A stretch of DNA of 64,000 nt from Selaginella moellendorffii (Eukaryota; Plantae; Lycopodiophyta): assembly GCF_000143415.4 (NCBI RefSeq), contig NW_003314315.1, positions 926,400 to 990,399 on the forward strand, given 5' to 3'. A program made the position numbers and the translations under genes. A model generated the notes under the pieces. That model was not told the DNA's origin and ran no database searches. It was given only the letters and a program-made list of their open reading frames with translations. Below are positions 22,140-35,035 of the stretch, in pieces; the first letter of the stretch is position 1, and the number at the start of each line of letters is the position of its first letter.

Positions 22140-25100
22140 ATGGATGACAAGGCGGTGTCCGAGCATCTGGTGCACGAAATCCTCTGCTTGATCGATGCTC
22201 TCAAGGCTGGAGTGAACGAGATCGGCGTCAACAAGTCCCTGTTCCTCAAATCCACCTTGTTTTTGGTGGAATTCAAGCAGCTCTCGCTTGGACAATGCCC
22301 GGCCAACGCGCTCCTGAAAATCCTGGACGATGTTACGGGCTTGGTGAGGCTCACGGAGCAATGCTGCCGCCGCAAGAGCAGGGTGTTCCAGATTTACAAG
22401 TCTCAGGAGATAAGCCAGAGAATTCGCGATATCATGCTCGATTTTACTTCTCACTTGGATCTTTGCTCGGAGGTAGAGAACATGGACCAGATCATGGAGC
22501 TGAGGAACAGAGTTACAAGGGCTACTTTCTCTCCGGATCCGAGAAATGGCGAGCTTGCAACAGCTTTGAGTGACGCTATTTCTCATGAAGATGACGAGCT
22601 CCAAAGCAAGGTTGTGGACGACATATCAAGGCACTTGGCCGCGTCCGTGTCTTCTCTCAAGGAGGAACTCTTGGAAGACAAAAGACAGCTCGAAGTAGAC
22701 GGCAGGGTCGAAGAGCTATCGGAGCTAGAGAAGCTGGTGCAGCTTCTGGACAGCGCCCCTTCTCTTGAATCGGATTCTCTAGCTCTGGACGATAGTTTTG
22801 TTTCGGAGGACATTCCAGCGTCGTATCTGTGCCCGATCACTGGCCAGCTGATGAGAGAGCCTGTGCTGGTGGAAGGCGGTGTCACGTACGAGAAGTCGGC
22901 TATAATGGAGTGGATCAACCGGGGAAATACCAAGTGTCCCGTTACAAATGCCGACTTGAGTAGCGTCAACCTTGTCCGGAACAGGTCGATAGAGAACGCG
23001 ATCCGGCAGTATCTGGGGCGTGTGAACATCGATAAATTGACTCGGTCGATCAAGAAGATCAAGCTCGAGCGCGTCCACGTTGAGGAAACCTTGGACACCA
23101 TAAAGAATCTGATCGGGCTTGGCTCTTGCTTTAAGAGGCATGTAGTTGCTTTGGACGGGTTGGAGCCGCTGGTTGCGATACTCAAGAGCTCTGCTGGAGA
23201 CCAGAGGGCTAAGATACTTCAGATTTTATTAGCCATTGGAGAATCTGGAGATGACTGCAAGGTAAGGCTCGCGCTCTTGGTCGTGATCACAATACTGCTG
23301 CTAATGACAGAACTTCCTTGAAGATACATATCGCTGAAGTTGGAGCTGTTCCCGTGGTGCTGCGAATCCTGACGAAGTGTCATGGTGACTGCCCCGATGC
23401 TGTGAGTCTCCTTCGGGAGATTTCCGAAGTGCAACAAGGGAAGGAGGTGATTCTTGCACAGCCAGGGTCCATCATTGTTATTGCAAGTGCGGCCACTGTC
23501 GACTCGGTGGAGCAGAAAGATCATGCCATGAAGCTTTTGGAGAACTTGTGCTCGAACAAGTCATGGGTGGCCATTGAAGCAGCTTCAACGGGAGTATTTG
23601 ATTTTCTGATCAATAATCTTCACACAGGTATGTAAGAGAGGAAAACACCTTTATTTATTTGATGTTGATCTTGATTGTGTGCAGGAAATGAAGCTGTAAA
23701 GCTGGAGATGGCTGAGGCAATTGCAACGAAGCTCGAGTTTAACGACGCTAGCAGTGCAGCTCTTGTATCGACAGGTATCCTGGTTCCACTCGTAGAGATG
23801 CTGAAGTCTGAATCGCTCGACAGCAAAATGGCAGCTACAAGATGTATACAGAAACTTTCATCTACAGTGACGAACAGAGACGCTATCGGAGATGCTGGTG
23901 CAATCCCTTTAATAGCTGGTTTGGCGACAATGGCAGTGAGGGACTTGAAAGTATATGCCTTGGAGACTTTGGCAAACCTCGCAAGCACACGAGAGTGTGT
24001 GCCAGCTCTGGCTACCGAAGAGAACGTCCCTCGACTCTTAGAAATGGTGAAAGACGGGGATTTACAGGTTCAGAGCAGCATTCTCAAGATTCTACATTCG
24101 CTATCAAGGGAGAGCAAAACTGTCCGGTTAATGGTTCGTCAGCATGCAGAAGTTATCCGGTACTTGCTGGATGCGTCCTCCGAACACAACTCTGGCCCAA
24201 GAAGAACTAGCGTCCTTGGAGTCATTGTCCAGCTCGCAGCAGACAGAGACACGAGAGATGCCATTCAGCCTTCCTCAAGCACAGTGATGTCCTTTGTGAG
24301 GCTGTTGGATCAAGCAGCAGCTACGTCGACTGAAGACAAAGAGCTGGCACTGGGAATACTTTCCGGGATCACAAAGAACGGATCACAAGCCAGACAGGTG
24401 CTAGCGGCTGGGGGCGCTTACGGGATCATTATCAGCTGCATGCAAACGGGAAGTCCAAGGATGAAAGAGGAGGCGGCTGCGGTTCTAACAAGGCTAACGG
24501 ATTCGGTGCTCGACGCCAACTCCGAGCAGGAACTGGCAAGACTCGGCGTGATGCGTCTCCTGCGAGACACTTTGGAGACTGGATCAGAGCGGGCGAGGGA
24601 GCACGCGTGTGCCAACCTCGCCAACTTATCCAAGCGGACACCGTCGTTAACCCAGGAGCAATCGTTTTTCAAGCGGCTTCTAGCGAGGCTGGGACTGAAG
24701 CAGTACAGGTTGTGTGTGGTTCATCCAGGAAAGTGCAACGCAAGGGCGAGCTTTTGCATGGTGGAAGCTGGGGTGGTGCCGTTGCTCATAGGAGAGATCC
24801 GCGGTAGCAATGCCCGCAATGCGGAGAGAGGGATGGATGCGCTGCTCACGCTGGTGCAAGACGAGAGTTTCCGGATCAAAGGAGTGGATTTCCTGGTGAA
24901 GAACAACGCGATAGCGGCAGCGGTGAGCTTGGTTGGGAGGTCCAGCAGCCTGACGGAGAAGGCCATGGTACTCCTCGAGAGGATTTTCAAGTGCCGGAAG
25001 TACAGGGACGACACGTACTCGAGGATAGCAAAGTCGAGCCTCTCCACGACAATGACTTCGGGTTCCATAGGTGCGAGGAAGTCGGCTGCGAAAGCCTTGA

Positions 25101-25168
25101 TGCACTTGGGCATGATGGCCAAAGGCTCTACGTACACGGCCACAGGGGAGTCGGCCACTGTTAACTGA
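22140..25168 (+). CDS. U-box/ARM-repeat E3 ligase, SAUL1/PUB43-44-like (introns 23262-23323, 23628-23684)
   Basis: U-box IPASYLCPITGQLMREPV...TYEKSAIMEWINRGNTKCPVT; ARM repeats; SAUL1-type CVVHPGKCNARASFCMVEAG motif. Confidence 0.9.
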
Positions 25169-26937
25169 TTCAAGTATGAGCGACGTAAATATATGCAAAG
25201 ACGAGATATATATCTCAGGCAATTGTGCCTGAGATCGAAGAGTCCATGGCTGACCCTTGCGTGGTGCTCTCCATTACGATGGAGATCCACTGCATTTTGT
25301 GGGCTAAGTTATTGTTCATAATTACATTTGATTTTCAAACTATTATTATGAACTTTCAGGGTGGATGATTGGGATAAGTTGTCTATATTATTTCTAAATA
25401 GTATTTATTGAAATATGCTAAAAAGTTGTTCCTAAACATTATGAACCAGAGTAAAAAGCTGATTGTTACTTTCATACTTGCTATAATGTTTTTAGTTTGC
25501 TTAAGCAAACTTGTAGGATGGTAATGAATATATTTAGAATATGCTTGAATATTTTAGGATATTCTACCATCTAATTCATTTAGATTAATCTTGTATTTAT
25601 AATTTATAAACATGTTTATAATTTATAAAATTTCTTAAAACATGCTTATAGTTATAAACTTTATTTGATCAATTAAATTAATAAGTAAGAATAACATTAC
25701 TATTAAGAAAACCAAGCATTGCTACATGCAATGTGTAGCAATTTATTTATTTTGCTGTATGGGAAAATAGTGAGTGAAACTCTTATCAAGAAGAATGTCT
25801 ATTAAATTCAAATATTTTCCGGGTATTAGAAGTCTAAGTTATTACTATAGCCTCTAATAAAGAAGTAAAACAGAAAGAATTATCTCTATTATTCATTTCT
25901 CAATCCATTGATTTCTCAGTGCTTTGATCCCCATTAGTGATCAACATAAACTAATCGTGCTTAGAAGTAATATTTTGCTTTATTAAATATTCAGAAGAAC
26001 TCAGCAAGATACTGCATGGGGAGTCACCACCTGCTTGTGGAGCTCGGATGCAGAAAAACAACCACCAATTTCATGGGACCAACAGATCTGCCCAGTCTGC
26101 TGGGAAGAGGTAGATCCTCAAAGCTTGTTCAACATATCACAATCTACATCACCCCATGAGGCACTCTGGGAGCATTAAATCTTGCAAGCAATACATTAAA
26201 TTAGTGAACTTGTCCAATTTTTCACATGAATAGAGATACACCAACAAACGATTATCATAGAGAGAATGCACAGACTAAAACTGGACAAGTTCGCTAATGT
26301 ATTGTATTGCTTGCAAGAATCTATTTGCTTTCAATGGGTATTTGTGTTTCTTTGCTTTTCTATCTGTTGCTACACTTGGTGTTCTAATGACTGTAACTAA
26401 TCTTGCTCACATGCCCGACTAGCTTTGATCTTTTTTTTTCTCTCTTTTTCACTGATTAACTTTTTCTTTCCGGTTCTGCTAATGAATTGATTGACATTAG
26501 TCTTTACAAACAATTACAAACAATAGCAAACAATAAAAAGGAAACAGTAATAAACAAAACAAATGGCCCCAAAGGTGGGAGCACCCAATCAATAGAAACA
26601 AACAGGGGAAAGGTGGCGCAAACAAACAGGAGACAACTCAATGACAACATAACAGAACTCACTGACCATACGGAGGAGATGGAGGAATGTGAACGCAGAA
26701 ATGGCCGAAGCGAGAACAACCCCCACAACAAACTTGTAAACTTGTTTCCACAGTCCCGTGCTCTTTGTTGGGCACCGCAAAACTGCCAAAACATAATATA
26801 GACGAGTACTTGCCCAGCAAATGCTGGGTGGTTTACAAAGAGGTGGATGCGCCAGAAATATGTTTCTTACCTGAACTCAAGCACTTGTATGTATCTTTCT
26901 CATTTTCTTGGAGGTTTTTGGACCTGTTGTCCTTCAG

Positions 26938-27465
26938 GTTACTGGACAATAATGGCTTCTCTGGAGAAGTTCCCGATGAAATTGGAAACTTTTCCAAGCT
27001 GACCATCATGTAAGCTGTTGATGGCTAGAATACAATCTCGTGTAATAGTGTATTTTCAGGAGACTTGACAAAAATCGATTTGCTGGATCACTGCTGAGCA
27101 GTTTGGGGCGGATATCAACCCTCTTTGAAATTTAAATAGCTAATATGGTAACTACTTTGTACTCAAGTTTTGTTTCATTTACAGACACATCAATGATAAC
27201 GCTTTTACTGGAACGTTACCTGATCTAAGCGGGTTGAGAGCTCTCCAACTAATGTAATATTTCTTCTTAATTTGGAGTTGACCTGATGCATGTGTGTATG
27301 CATAACAGAAGCGTTGGAAACAACTCCTTTTCTCCTCAGCCAGTTCCATCATTTGCAGGCTTGATTAAACTCTGGACAATGTAGGTGAATTTTGTTAGTT
27401 TTTGTTTGAACTTAACATGTCATTAATGATCCAAGTTTCTTTTCAGACCAAACTTGGAAACAATG
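26938..27465 (+). pseudogene. LRR receptor-kinase ectodomain fragment (about one LRR per exon)
   Basis: Exons LLDNNGFSGEVPDEIGNFSKLT, RLDKNRFAGSLLSSLGRIST, INDNAFTGTLPDLSGLRALQL, SVGNNSFSPQPVPSF, mostly with GT-AG borders. The next exon is cut off. No TM or kinase seen. Confidence 0.8.
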
Positions 27466-27548
27466 GGATGAGAGAGGCTCAAACTCTCGACCTCAGGATT
27501 TCTCAGCAGCTATGAGACCTACGCGCTGACCAACTGCGCCACCATTTA
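27464..27548 (-). tRNA. Elongator tRNA-Met(CAT) pseudogene with 11-nt intron
   Basis: Reverse complement: taaaTGGTGGCGCAGTTGGTCAGCGCGTAGGTCTCATA[gctgctgagaa]ATCCTGAGGTCGAGAGTTTGAGCCTCTCTCATCCCA. The 5' acceptor strand GGGG is now TAAA and the T-loop TTCGA is TTTGA. Confidence 0.88.
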
Positions 27549-28063
27549 TTTTAACATGATCATTCTAAACAAATTTATCTTAGGATTGATTCTGGAATGC
27601 TGACTATAATGTCATACATCTATCCACGAACTACAGTTTTATCCATGGGCTACTGCAACAAACCGATTGATGCCAGCTTTCCCATCCTTTCCCAACACTT
27701 GCTACACATCATAGAATACAAAGATATTCAAACTTACGACTTACCTCGATCTAAAAACGAAGCTAAACCAGGCAATGCTTGCGGTGGCTTCTCCTTCTCT
27801 TTCGAGAGAAACCAGACATTAGTGCCGTGTCAGATTTCCAAAACTTCAGGAGCAGTGTTGGCTAGCCACTCGACAGCCCTACGTCAACTCGAAACACCTG
27901 GTTCCTACAAACGGAGTTGGTCCCGAGCATGTGCTGAAACAACAATCCCTCACCAGGAAGGGATGCCTCGAGAGAATCCGGGGTTGAAGAGGGAGTGTCC
28001 TTGATAATTGCTTTCCTGTAGGCTCCTCCTGGCAAATTTACATTCGTTCTTCCCTGTCCGTCC

Positions 28064-28571
28064 TCACGCTGCTTGGCTCGTTTTCCTCAAGTAGCTCTCA
28101 AACGCGTCCAGCGTGTGGACATCGGTTCTATAGTGCTTCTGGGTGAATTCTAGCAGCTGCCCCCAAGTAAACTCCACGCACGGCCTCTTGCGATCTTGCT
28201 CTTCGTCTTCTTTGCTCTTGACCACCAGCTCTGGAATCGGCCGGATCACCATGTCCAGCCCCGGGTTGATGAAGAAAACCAGCGAGTGCCTGGCTCGGGT
28301 GGCATGGATCACTGCGCGGTGCTTGGCACTCTTGTAGCGATGGTTGCACAGTGCCTGTGACGAAGAGAAAGCTGCGTGAGAGATGTTTTATAAAAAGAAA
28401 AGGAAAAAAGAAGAGCACCACCATCTACAACCAGCTATAGCGCTGCGAGGAGGGAGAGGAGAGGGAAGAGCAGAAACAAAAGAATTCTCGCTCTGTTTAC
28501 CTGGAATGTGTCACCGATGCTGATGACAAACGCATCGGCACGGGGCTCGACTGTGACCCAAGTCTCGGGAA
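28064..28571 (-). pseudogene. 3' fragment of a GA20-oxidase-like 2OG-Fe(II) dioxygenase (intron 28355-28500 retained)
   Basis: WVTVEPRADAFVISIGDTFQ/ALCNHRYKSAKHRAVIHATRARHSLVFFINP...FTWGQLLEFTQKHYRTDVHTLDAF. No 5' exons. Flanked by identical 39-bp repeats at 27985-28023 and 28572-28610. Confidence 0.85.
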
Positions 28572-29781
28572 TGAAGAGGGAGTGTCCTTGATAATTGCTT
28601 TCCTGTAGGCCAAAGAGCTCGTGAGGCAGTGGCGAACAGGGATCAAAGCTTTGCTGAGTTGGAGATGAGCCAATTTGCCTCTCACAGTCCTGAGTTGATC
28701 CCGAGAGGAGCCTGGATTGTGTGCCCGACTACCATTCTGCTCGCCCCTGTTACTAACCACGCACAGGCTCTCACGGGAATGCCCCCAAAACCGTGTCCGA
28801 CCAGAGCAGCCATGGAGCCCTAGGAGTGCATGGCATAACACCTGTCACCACGCCCTCTTCCCTTCCCGGCCACGCGTGCATCCCGCCCATTGGCCGCCAC
28901 AACATTGAGCCGATATTCCCGCTAACCATGGCCACCGGCCCTGGCCCGGGCCTGGGGTGGCCTCCCCTTTCCGAGGACCATGGCTTCCGAGGCTGCCCCG
29001 GGCCTGGGATCGGACGGCTGCGGGGGTGTGGGTTCTTCGTTCTTATTATTATAGATAGATATAAAAAGATTATTCTACAAAGATTGGCAGTTTAATACAG
29101 CATTTATTGTGTCAAAAGTTTCCTTATGCATCACCACCTTATTCTTGCAAAAATGTGATAGTCTAGATGTAGAGATCCAAGAGGGACCAAAGAAGAGTAC
29201 TCAGCCATTTTGATCTGGTACCTAGTGTCATTCCAGGCCCTTGTCCAAACTCACAGAGACAATCTGGCTGCTTGCGTTTGCTATTTGGGAGATTTCTTTT
29301 CTCCTGGTAAAAAGCTAAAGTTAAAAAGTAGAAAGGTACTAATGCGACCTTTTACATACTTAAGTTTCTGCATAAACATCCTAGCCACTAATTTAAGATT
29401 AAATCGGGCAATTAAAATATTCAATAATTTATTATGGAAATTTTATTACATATTTTAGATACCCTTGTCTCTAAACCAACAGGGCTGAAGATCACCATCA
29501 TGGGATCAATCCATGAGCACCATCATGGGACCGATCGATGAGCACTGGAAGTTGCGACGTTTAGTCTTTCATTCAAGCTCTCATATCTTACATGCGGGGC
29601 GAAGCGACAGCTCCACTACTTACTGGCCTTTCACGTGTACACATTTCTTCGCATCATCGAGAAAGGGGGGGTCCATGTCACTGACGACTAAACTTTGATC
29701 ACCATCGCCGCTATATAGGCGCAAATCCACATCTCGATGAGGACCGAGAAACCTTCCAGATTGCACGGAAGAGTTCCTGTG

Positions 29782-30259
29782 TTATCTCGAGAGGAAGATG
29801 TTGTCCAGCTCGGAGTACGTTCTCCTCCTTTTCACAGCAGGCGGTAACTCGGGTGCCGAGTGAAGCCCGAGATCGGGTACAAGGAAGGCGTCGTCCGGCT
29901 CTGGGAGTAAGAAAATACCCGGCTTCGTCTTGAGCTTCAACGCAGCTGGGTCTCCTACGACTTTAGTAGCATTGAAACCGGCGGGCAGCTTATCCATCTG
30001 AGGAACTGACCGAAAATAGATCTGATCGCTGGAAACGTTAGCGGAGGGCCAGGAGAAATTCGGGTCGATCTGCATGAAGCACGATATCAGAAAACTAAAC
30101 GAGAGCAGTAGTAGTCAAGTGGATCTTACCTTGGGATCGAAAGTGTAGCTCGAAGTTAGTGACGACGAGTCGGGCAAGTTTAGGAGCTCGTCGCATTTCC
30201 AGCCAGGAACTGCCTCCGTGAGGAACTCGAAAATGCTAGTCTTCCTGGATCCATCTCCT

Positions 30260-30290
<31 letters not shown>

Positions 30291-30974
30291 GTGCCACTGG
30301 AAGAGTAGTAACAGCAGCGGCGGGCTTGCGAACTCCAGGAACTTGGCAGCTCTTGGAATTGTCCGTGTTGCTGCCAGTGATGACGGTGGCGGTGGAAGTA
30401 GTCGAGGTGGAAGTGGAGGTCTGGGAAGAAGATTGGCAGTGGCGTCGAGCGTCCAAAGCAGCGGCGTGATCCCTGTGCTCTCGCCTTTTTGTGCTCTTGG
30501 AGGCCCTCGAGTGGCTGTTACTGTTGGGCACAGCATGAGATGATTTTGGCGGTGGTGTTCCTGGAGATGTCGCTGGTACCTGTCCCGAGAGAGTGTGGAG
30601 CGAGGCAGCAACGCCCGTGACGAGAAAGCGTCGGTGATTTGAGGTGGAGGCAGTCAACTTGTGGATGGACATGTCACAGTTGTGGCAAAGCAGTGCTCTG
30701 TCCTCGAGGCAGAAGAAGTATGCCGTCTTGTCCTGGAGGGGAAAGCGAGATGGATCAGCGAGCGAGCTCCTCAAGACAACTAAAGCGGACGAACCTGGCA
30801 GATATCACAGCTCGTCCTGGTGGGAGGCCTGAAGAGAGGTACTCTGTGGTGCTTCCCGGCGAGCTTGTTTGCATCGTGGACTTGGATGTCACATTCCCGG
30901 CAGAGGGCGGCCTCGTCAGCGCAGCAAACCACGACTGCTTCGGCCGACTCGCATCCATCGCACTGGACTTTCAT
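29782..30974 (-). CDS. Double B-box zinc-finger protein (BBX group IV, STO/BBX22-like), 3 exons
   Basis: MKVQCDGCESAEAVVVCCADEAALCRECDIQVHDANKLAGKHHRV; second B-box CDICQ/DKTAYFFCLEDRALLC; C-terminal VPDLG and KRRR. Confidence 0.92.
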
Positions 30975-32253
30975 CTCCCTCCTCGGAACTTGGAAATCTC
31001 AAAAAGTTCTTCGATCACCCACGAGTTTGAAGGAACTCATGTACAGAGAGGGGTTCTTCGTTTAGAAGGCGGAGAAAGAAAAACATAACAAGGCGTACCT
31101 CAGTTTGTCACTGTTAGTGTGACAGAGCATGCCATGTGCTCATATTACTTGGCTTGCTACTGCGATGCTAGCTAGACTTGTCAAATATCTCCTTCCTCTG
31201 CCAAGCTTCTTTAAAACTTTTTTTTGGTAATCGATCAATCGTCTTGGACCAATTCCAATTTCCAAGATTGCTTACTCCATTTCCTGCCCGAAAAAACATT
31301 AGGAGTATCCAAGCAAGAGAGAAAGCTTACCAACCATTGTCTGGATGGATTAATTCTCTAAAGTGACAGCAGCACCAGAAACGCATTCGAAGTCAAGATA
31401 AAAACTTTCCACCAAGATCTGGTTGCTTGACTCGATTGCCTTGCTAGCCAAGCAACCATCGGTCATCTGGGCCTGCCTTGGTTTAGCTTGATCACAAGAA
31501 GACGACGAATGAGAGCTTTACACTCGAAAGCTGGAATTAAGTAGTAAGCTTTAGCTCGATCCAAAAAGACGAATCTCCTACAGACAGCACGCACCTCGTG
31601 GTGTTGTCCCGCTGGACTATTCTCCTGGCAAATCCATTTCATACTAAGTGGTTCACATGATCTGATTGATCCAAGATTTGTTCTGGCTTCATTGCTTATT
31701 CGTGGCCTGGCTGTTGGGTATTGACTCGGTTGGATAAACGACAAGCTTGTGCTTTCCACAATCTGCAGAAACAAAACACCGAAGAATTAGGCCAAACGAG
31801 AGGAAAAAGGAAATCCTTACAAATCTTTCATTGCTTGACAGAATCTCTCTCTCTTCTGCTGCTGCACGCATTTCCAAATGTTCGCCAGTCTGCCGTCGTG
31901 GTTCGCAGCACTACGTGGATGCTACAGTAAAACAGAACAAAAAAGAAGGAAAGAGTAAAGAAAGTAAATCAAAGCAGCAAACGAAAGTTAGAAATTAGAA
32001 TGAAAAGCTCAAACAATTGACAGCCTGTGAGTCTGGTGGTCTGTCTGTCTGCCAGATGAAGATATGTTTTCTCGCTGTTCTTGAGTTGAAATTTTTGAGG
32101 CTCCTAACTCTGTGTACTGCACACGCAGCAGCACACACTTATCCAGTTAGTGAGCCGAAATGTCACATAAGTAGCACAACAAAAATCTATATGTAGAAGA
32201 CGCGTACGATCGTAAAAAGGCAAACCATTTTCTCGAGCACAAGGTACTGCTGG

Positions 32254-32983
32254 TCAGAATGTGCTGTTCTCTGGTGGTTGCGGAAGCTTTCGGTTGTGCG
32301 GCAAAGCCATCTCTCGTTTCAGAGAAATCAATATGTCTTCCATGGTGTAATCTCGTCGCCAGTTGCTTAGCATGGGGAAGTTCTTGGGATCTACCTGAGA
32401 AATCATGACGGGCAAATCAGTGCTTCCCTCAAAGAGGAAAAGGTAATAGCCATCTTCCGAAACAAAAAGACATAGAAAACTAAAAGAAGAACAACTTACA
32501 ACGCCATTGTCTTGGGAGACGCAGGTCATGTTGATTCTCGACATGAATTTCACGCTCGGTGGCTTGTCCGGATACTCCTTGTCGCAAAACAACTTAAGTT
32601 GATAGATCCGGCCGTCGTGAATGGACTGCCAGCAAACAAGTGTTCTACGCGTCAGAGAAGCACACAAGAAATAAAAAAAGAATACAAGCCACTTGTAGCA
32701 CGGAGCAAGAACACCGAACGCAAAAATCCAAAGGAAAAAGAAAAGCTCACATTGCTCGGCCCAAGGATGGTGCCCGTCCAGGAGCGCATGTAAATGTCAT
32801 CCGCGTCGTCCATTCCCAAGCTCACCAGTGGATCTCCCAGCCCTTTCTCCCCTCGCTCCAGTTCATCGAGCAGCCGGAAACTCCTGGGAACTGCGAGCAA
32901 GCAACAATCGACCTGACAAATCAAAATCCAAATCGGAGCTTCTCACCAGTGACCGATGCCGACGCTGCAGCCGATCCCGCCAT
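32254..32983 (-). CDS. UEV1: Ubiquitin-conjugating enzyme E2 variant (MMS2/UEV1), 4 exons
   Basis: [17 protein letters not shown]...SWTGTILGP/...[19 protein letters not shown]...[13 protein letters not shown]. Confidence 0.93.
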
Positions 32984-33170
32984 CGCTCGACTGGAATGCG
33001 CCGCGCCCTACGCTCAAGCAAGACGAGGAAGAAGAAGACCGGACATGTCCAAAACAGTGGTGCCCTAGACTGCCAAGCCGTGCCCTAGTCCAGGTGCCGT
33101 ACGTTGGTACCGTGCCACTTTGACTTAGGACGGGTTGACTGATTTGTTTGACTTTGCTGGTCGTCGCCTT

Positions 33171-34412
33171 TCACTCCGGGGTGACGTAGGCGGCCGTGAT
33201 GCCGCCATCAACGAGCAAGCTCGCGCCGGTCACAAAGGAGCTCTCGTCCGACGCCAAAAACAATGCGGCTCTAGCGATCTCTGCAGCTTTGCCAAATCTT
33301 CCCATTGGAATGTGAACGAGCCTGCGATTTCTCTTCTCTTCGGTGTCCAAAACCTGGTTAGCCAGCGAGCAATGAGATGATCATAGGAAGAACTCTTCGC
33401 TTACCTTCATCATGAGCTCCGTCTGGATGGGTCCAGGACAAATGGAATTGACACGGACCTTGTCACGGGCGTGGAGCACCGCGAGCTCTCGAGTTAGCGC
33501 CAGTACCGCGCCTTTGCTCGCTGTGTAAGCAATCTGAGCGAGAGATTTCATTAGATAGAAACCATAGAAATTCTTTTACTTTTTCTTAATCTTCCTCTTA
33601 CTTGTGGTGTTGCTGCGCCTAGAAACGCGACAAAGGAGGCTGTGTTGATGACCGAGCCACCACCTGATCTCTGGATCGCGGGGATGCCATATCTACACCC
33701 GTAAATAACTCCCTGTGCACGAAAAAGTAGCAAGGGATAAGGTTGGTTGATTGATGGAATGCGGTGGTGTTGTTATTCGGAGATGGATTGCATACCTTGA
33801 CGTTTATGTCGAGAGTTCTATCAATGACATCGTCTGGTGTGTTGATCGCATCACCATCATTCGCGTCCATGATCCCAGCATTATTGAACAATATGTGGAG
33901 ACCACCAAACGCTCTCTGGACATTTGGAAACCAAAAGAAATCACAGTTAGAAGACGTGCCAGAAATGATCAATCAAAAATCCAGAAAATTTGGCACAAAA
34001 ATCGAAAGAAGGTACCTCGGTCTCGAGCACCATTTTCTCGACGTCGGAAGGAATCGAGACATCACCACCGGCGATGGCGAGGCATTTGCCCCCAAATTCT
34101 CTCACCGCATCCACGGTTTTTGCCGCTCCGGAGACGCTCTTGTCCACCACAGCCACACACGCGCCTTCGTGCGCGAAGAGAAGGGCAGCCTCGCGGCCAA
34201 TGCCACTGGAATCAAGAACACACTTAGAAATTTCCAAGGAAAACAAAATCTCTCGATCGAGCCAAAGGATTCTACCTTCCAGCGCCAGTGATGAGCGCCG
34301 TCTTGCCCGCCAATCGGCCGGGGTAGGATCGAGCATCGGAGCTCAAGAACACGGCCCCGATCTTCGAAGCCCTGCCAAATATTTTGCCGCGACGAAGCGC
34401 CGTGAAGAGCAT
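33171..34412 (-). CDS. Short-chain dehydrogenase/reductase with probable organellar presequence, multi-exon
   Basis: [17 protein letters not shown]...[22 protein letters not shown]; LFNNAGIM; YTASKG; C-terminus [12 protein letters not shown]. Confidence 0.88.
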
Positions 34413-35035
34413 TGCAGCGATCGATCAAAATCCACCGCGCGCTATCATCCCGATGGAGGGAAGAATCATCTTCTCTTCTTACCTCTCACAGCGCCATCGC
34501 CATAGCTTCAATCGATCGAAAACCCCATTTTCCAGGCAAACTTTTTTTTCTACTTGCCAACGTGGCACCCAGTTTAAATTCTTTTACCCCTTTCCAGTAG
34601 AAACACTTTTCCGTTTAACCCTTTTACCGGTGCTTTCGACACAACCTTGTGCGTGTGTGGAAAACCTATAATCGTTCCTTCTTCCACTGTAGCGCGCGCG
34701 CGAGCGAGCGAGTGAGAGAGAGAGAAAGAGCGCTAGGGCAGGGCGGGCGAGGGCGAAAGGAAGAAAGATTAGAGCGCACAGATTACTTCTCGGCTTGGAT
34801 CGATCTTGGAGCAGCTGGAATGGCGCGGCATCCTCTGCGCCTCCTGGTGATGAGCTATAGCGGCTGGATTCGACTTCATATCCACGCATTTTAGAGGTAG
34901 CCGGGAGAAGAGGAAGAAGAAGAAGTAGAACAAGAAAGCACAGCGCTTCTGTGCTGCATAGCTAGGGTCATTTTGACGGAGGTATAAGCGAGGTTTTGGG
35001 ACAAGGAAGGAAACAAGGAAAGGGCCGCGCATTTC

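Larger units (their letters stand above)
25700..29059 (-). mobile_element. Probable non-autonomous Helitron with captured fragments
   Basis: Minus-strand 5' end A|TCTATCTATAATAATAAG at 29059. The 3' end has a hairpin (attgctaca...tgtagcaat, 25718-25742) followed by ATAG|T, a degenerate CTAG. No TSD. Interior is a mosaic of unrelated gene pieces. Confidence 0.55.

Noticed and set aside
27464-27548. Functional tRNA-Met or SINE head
   Set aside because: The acceptor stem and B-box are mutated; the intron is retained and no SINE body or tail follows.
31100-31140. tgacagag motif with a short stem resembling miR156
   Set aside because: Does not match the mature sequence and the stem is too short.
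34102-34336. ORF-track starts for the SDR (34336, 34428)
   Set aside because: Wrong frame for the TGAGSGIG cofactor motif; ATG 34412 fits.
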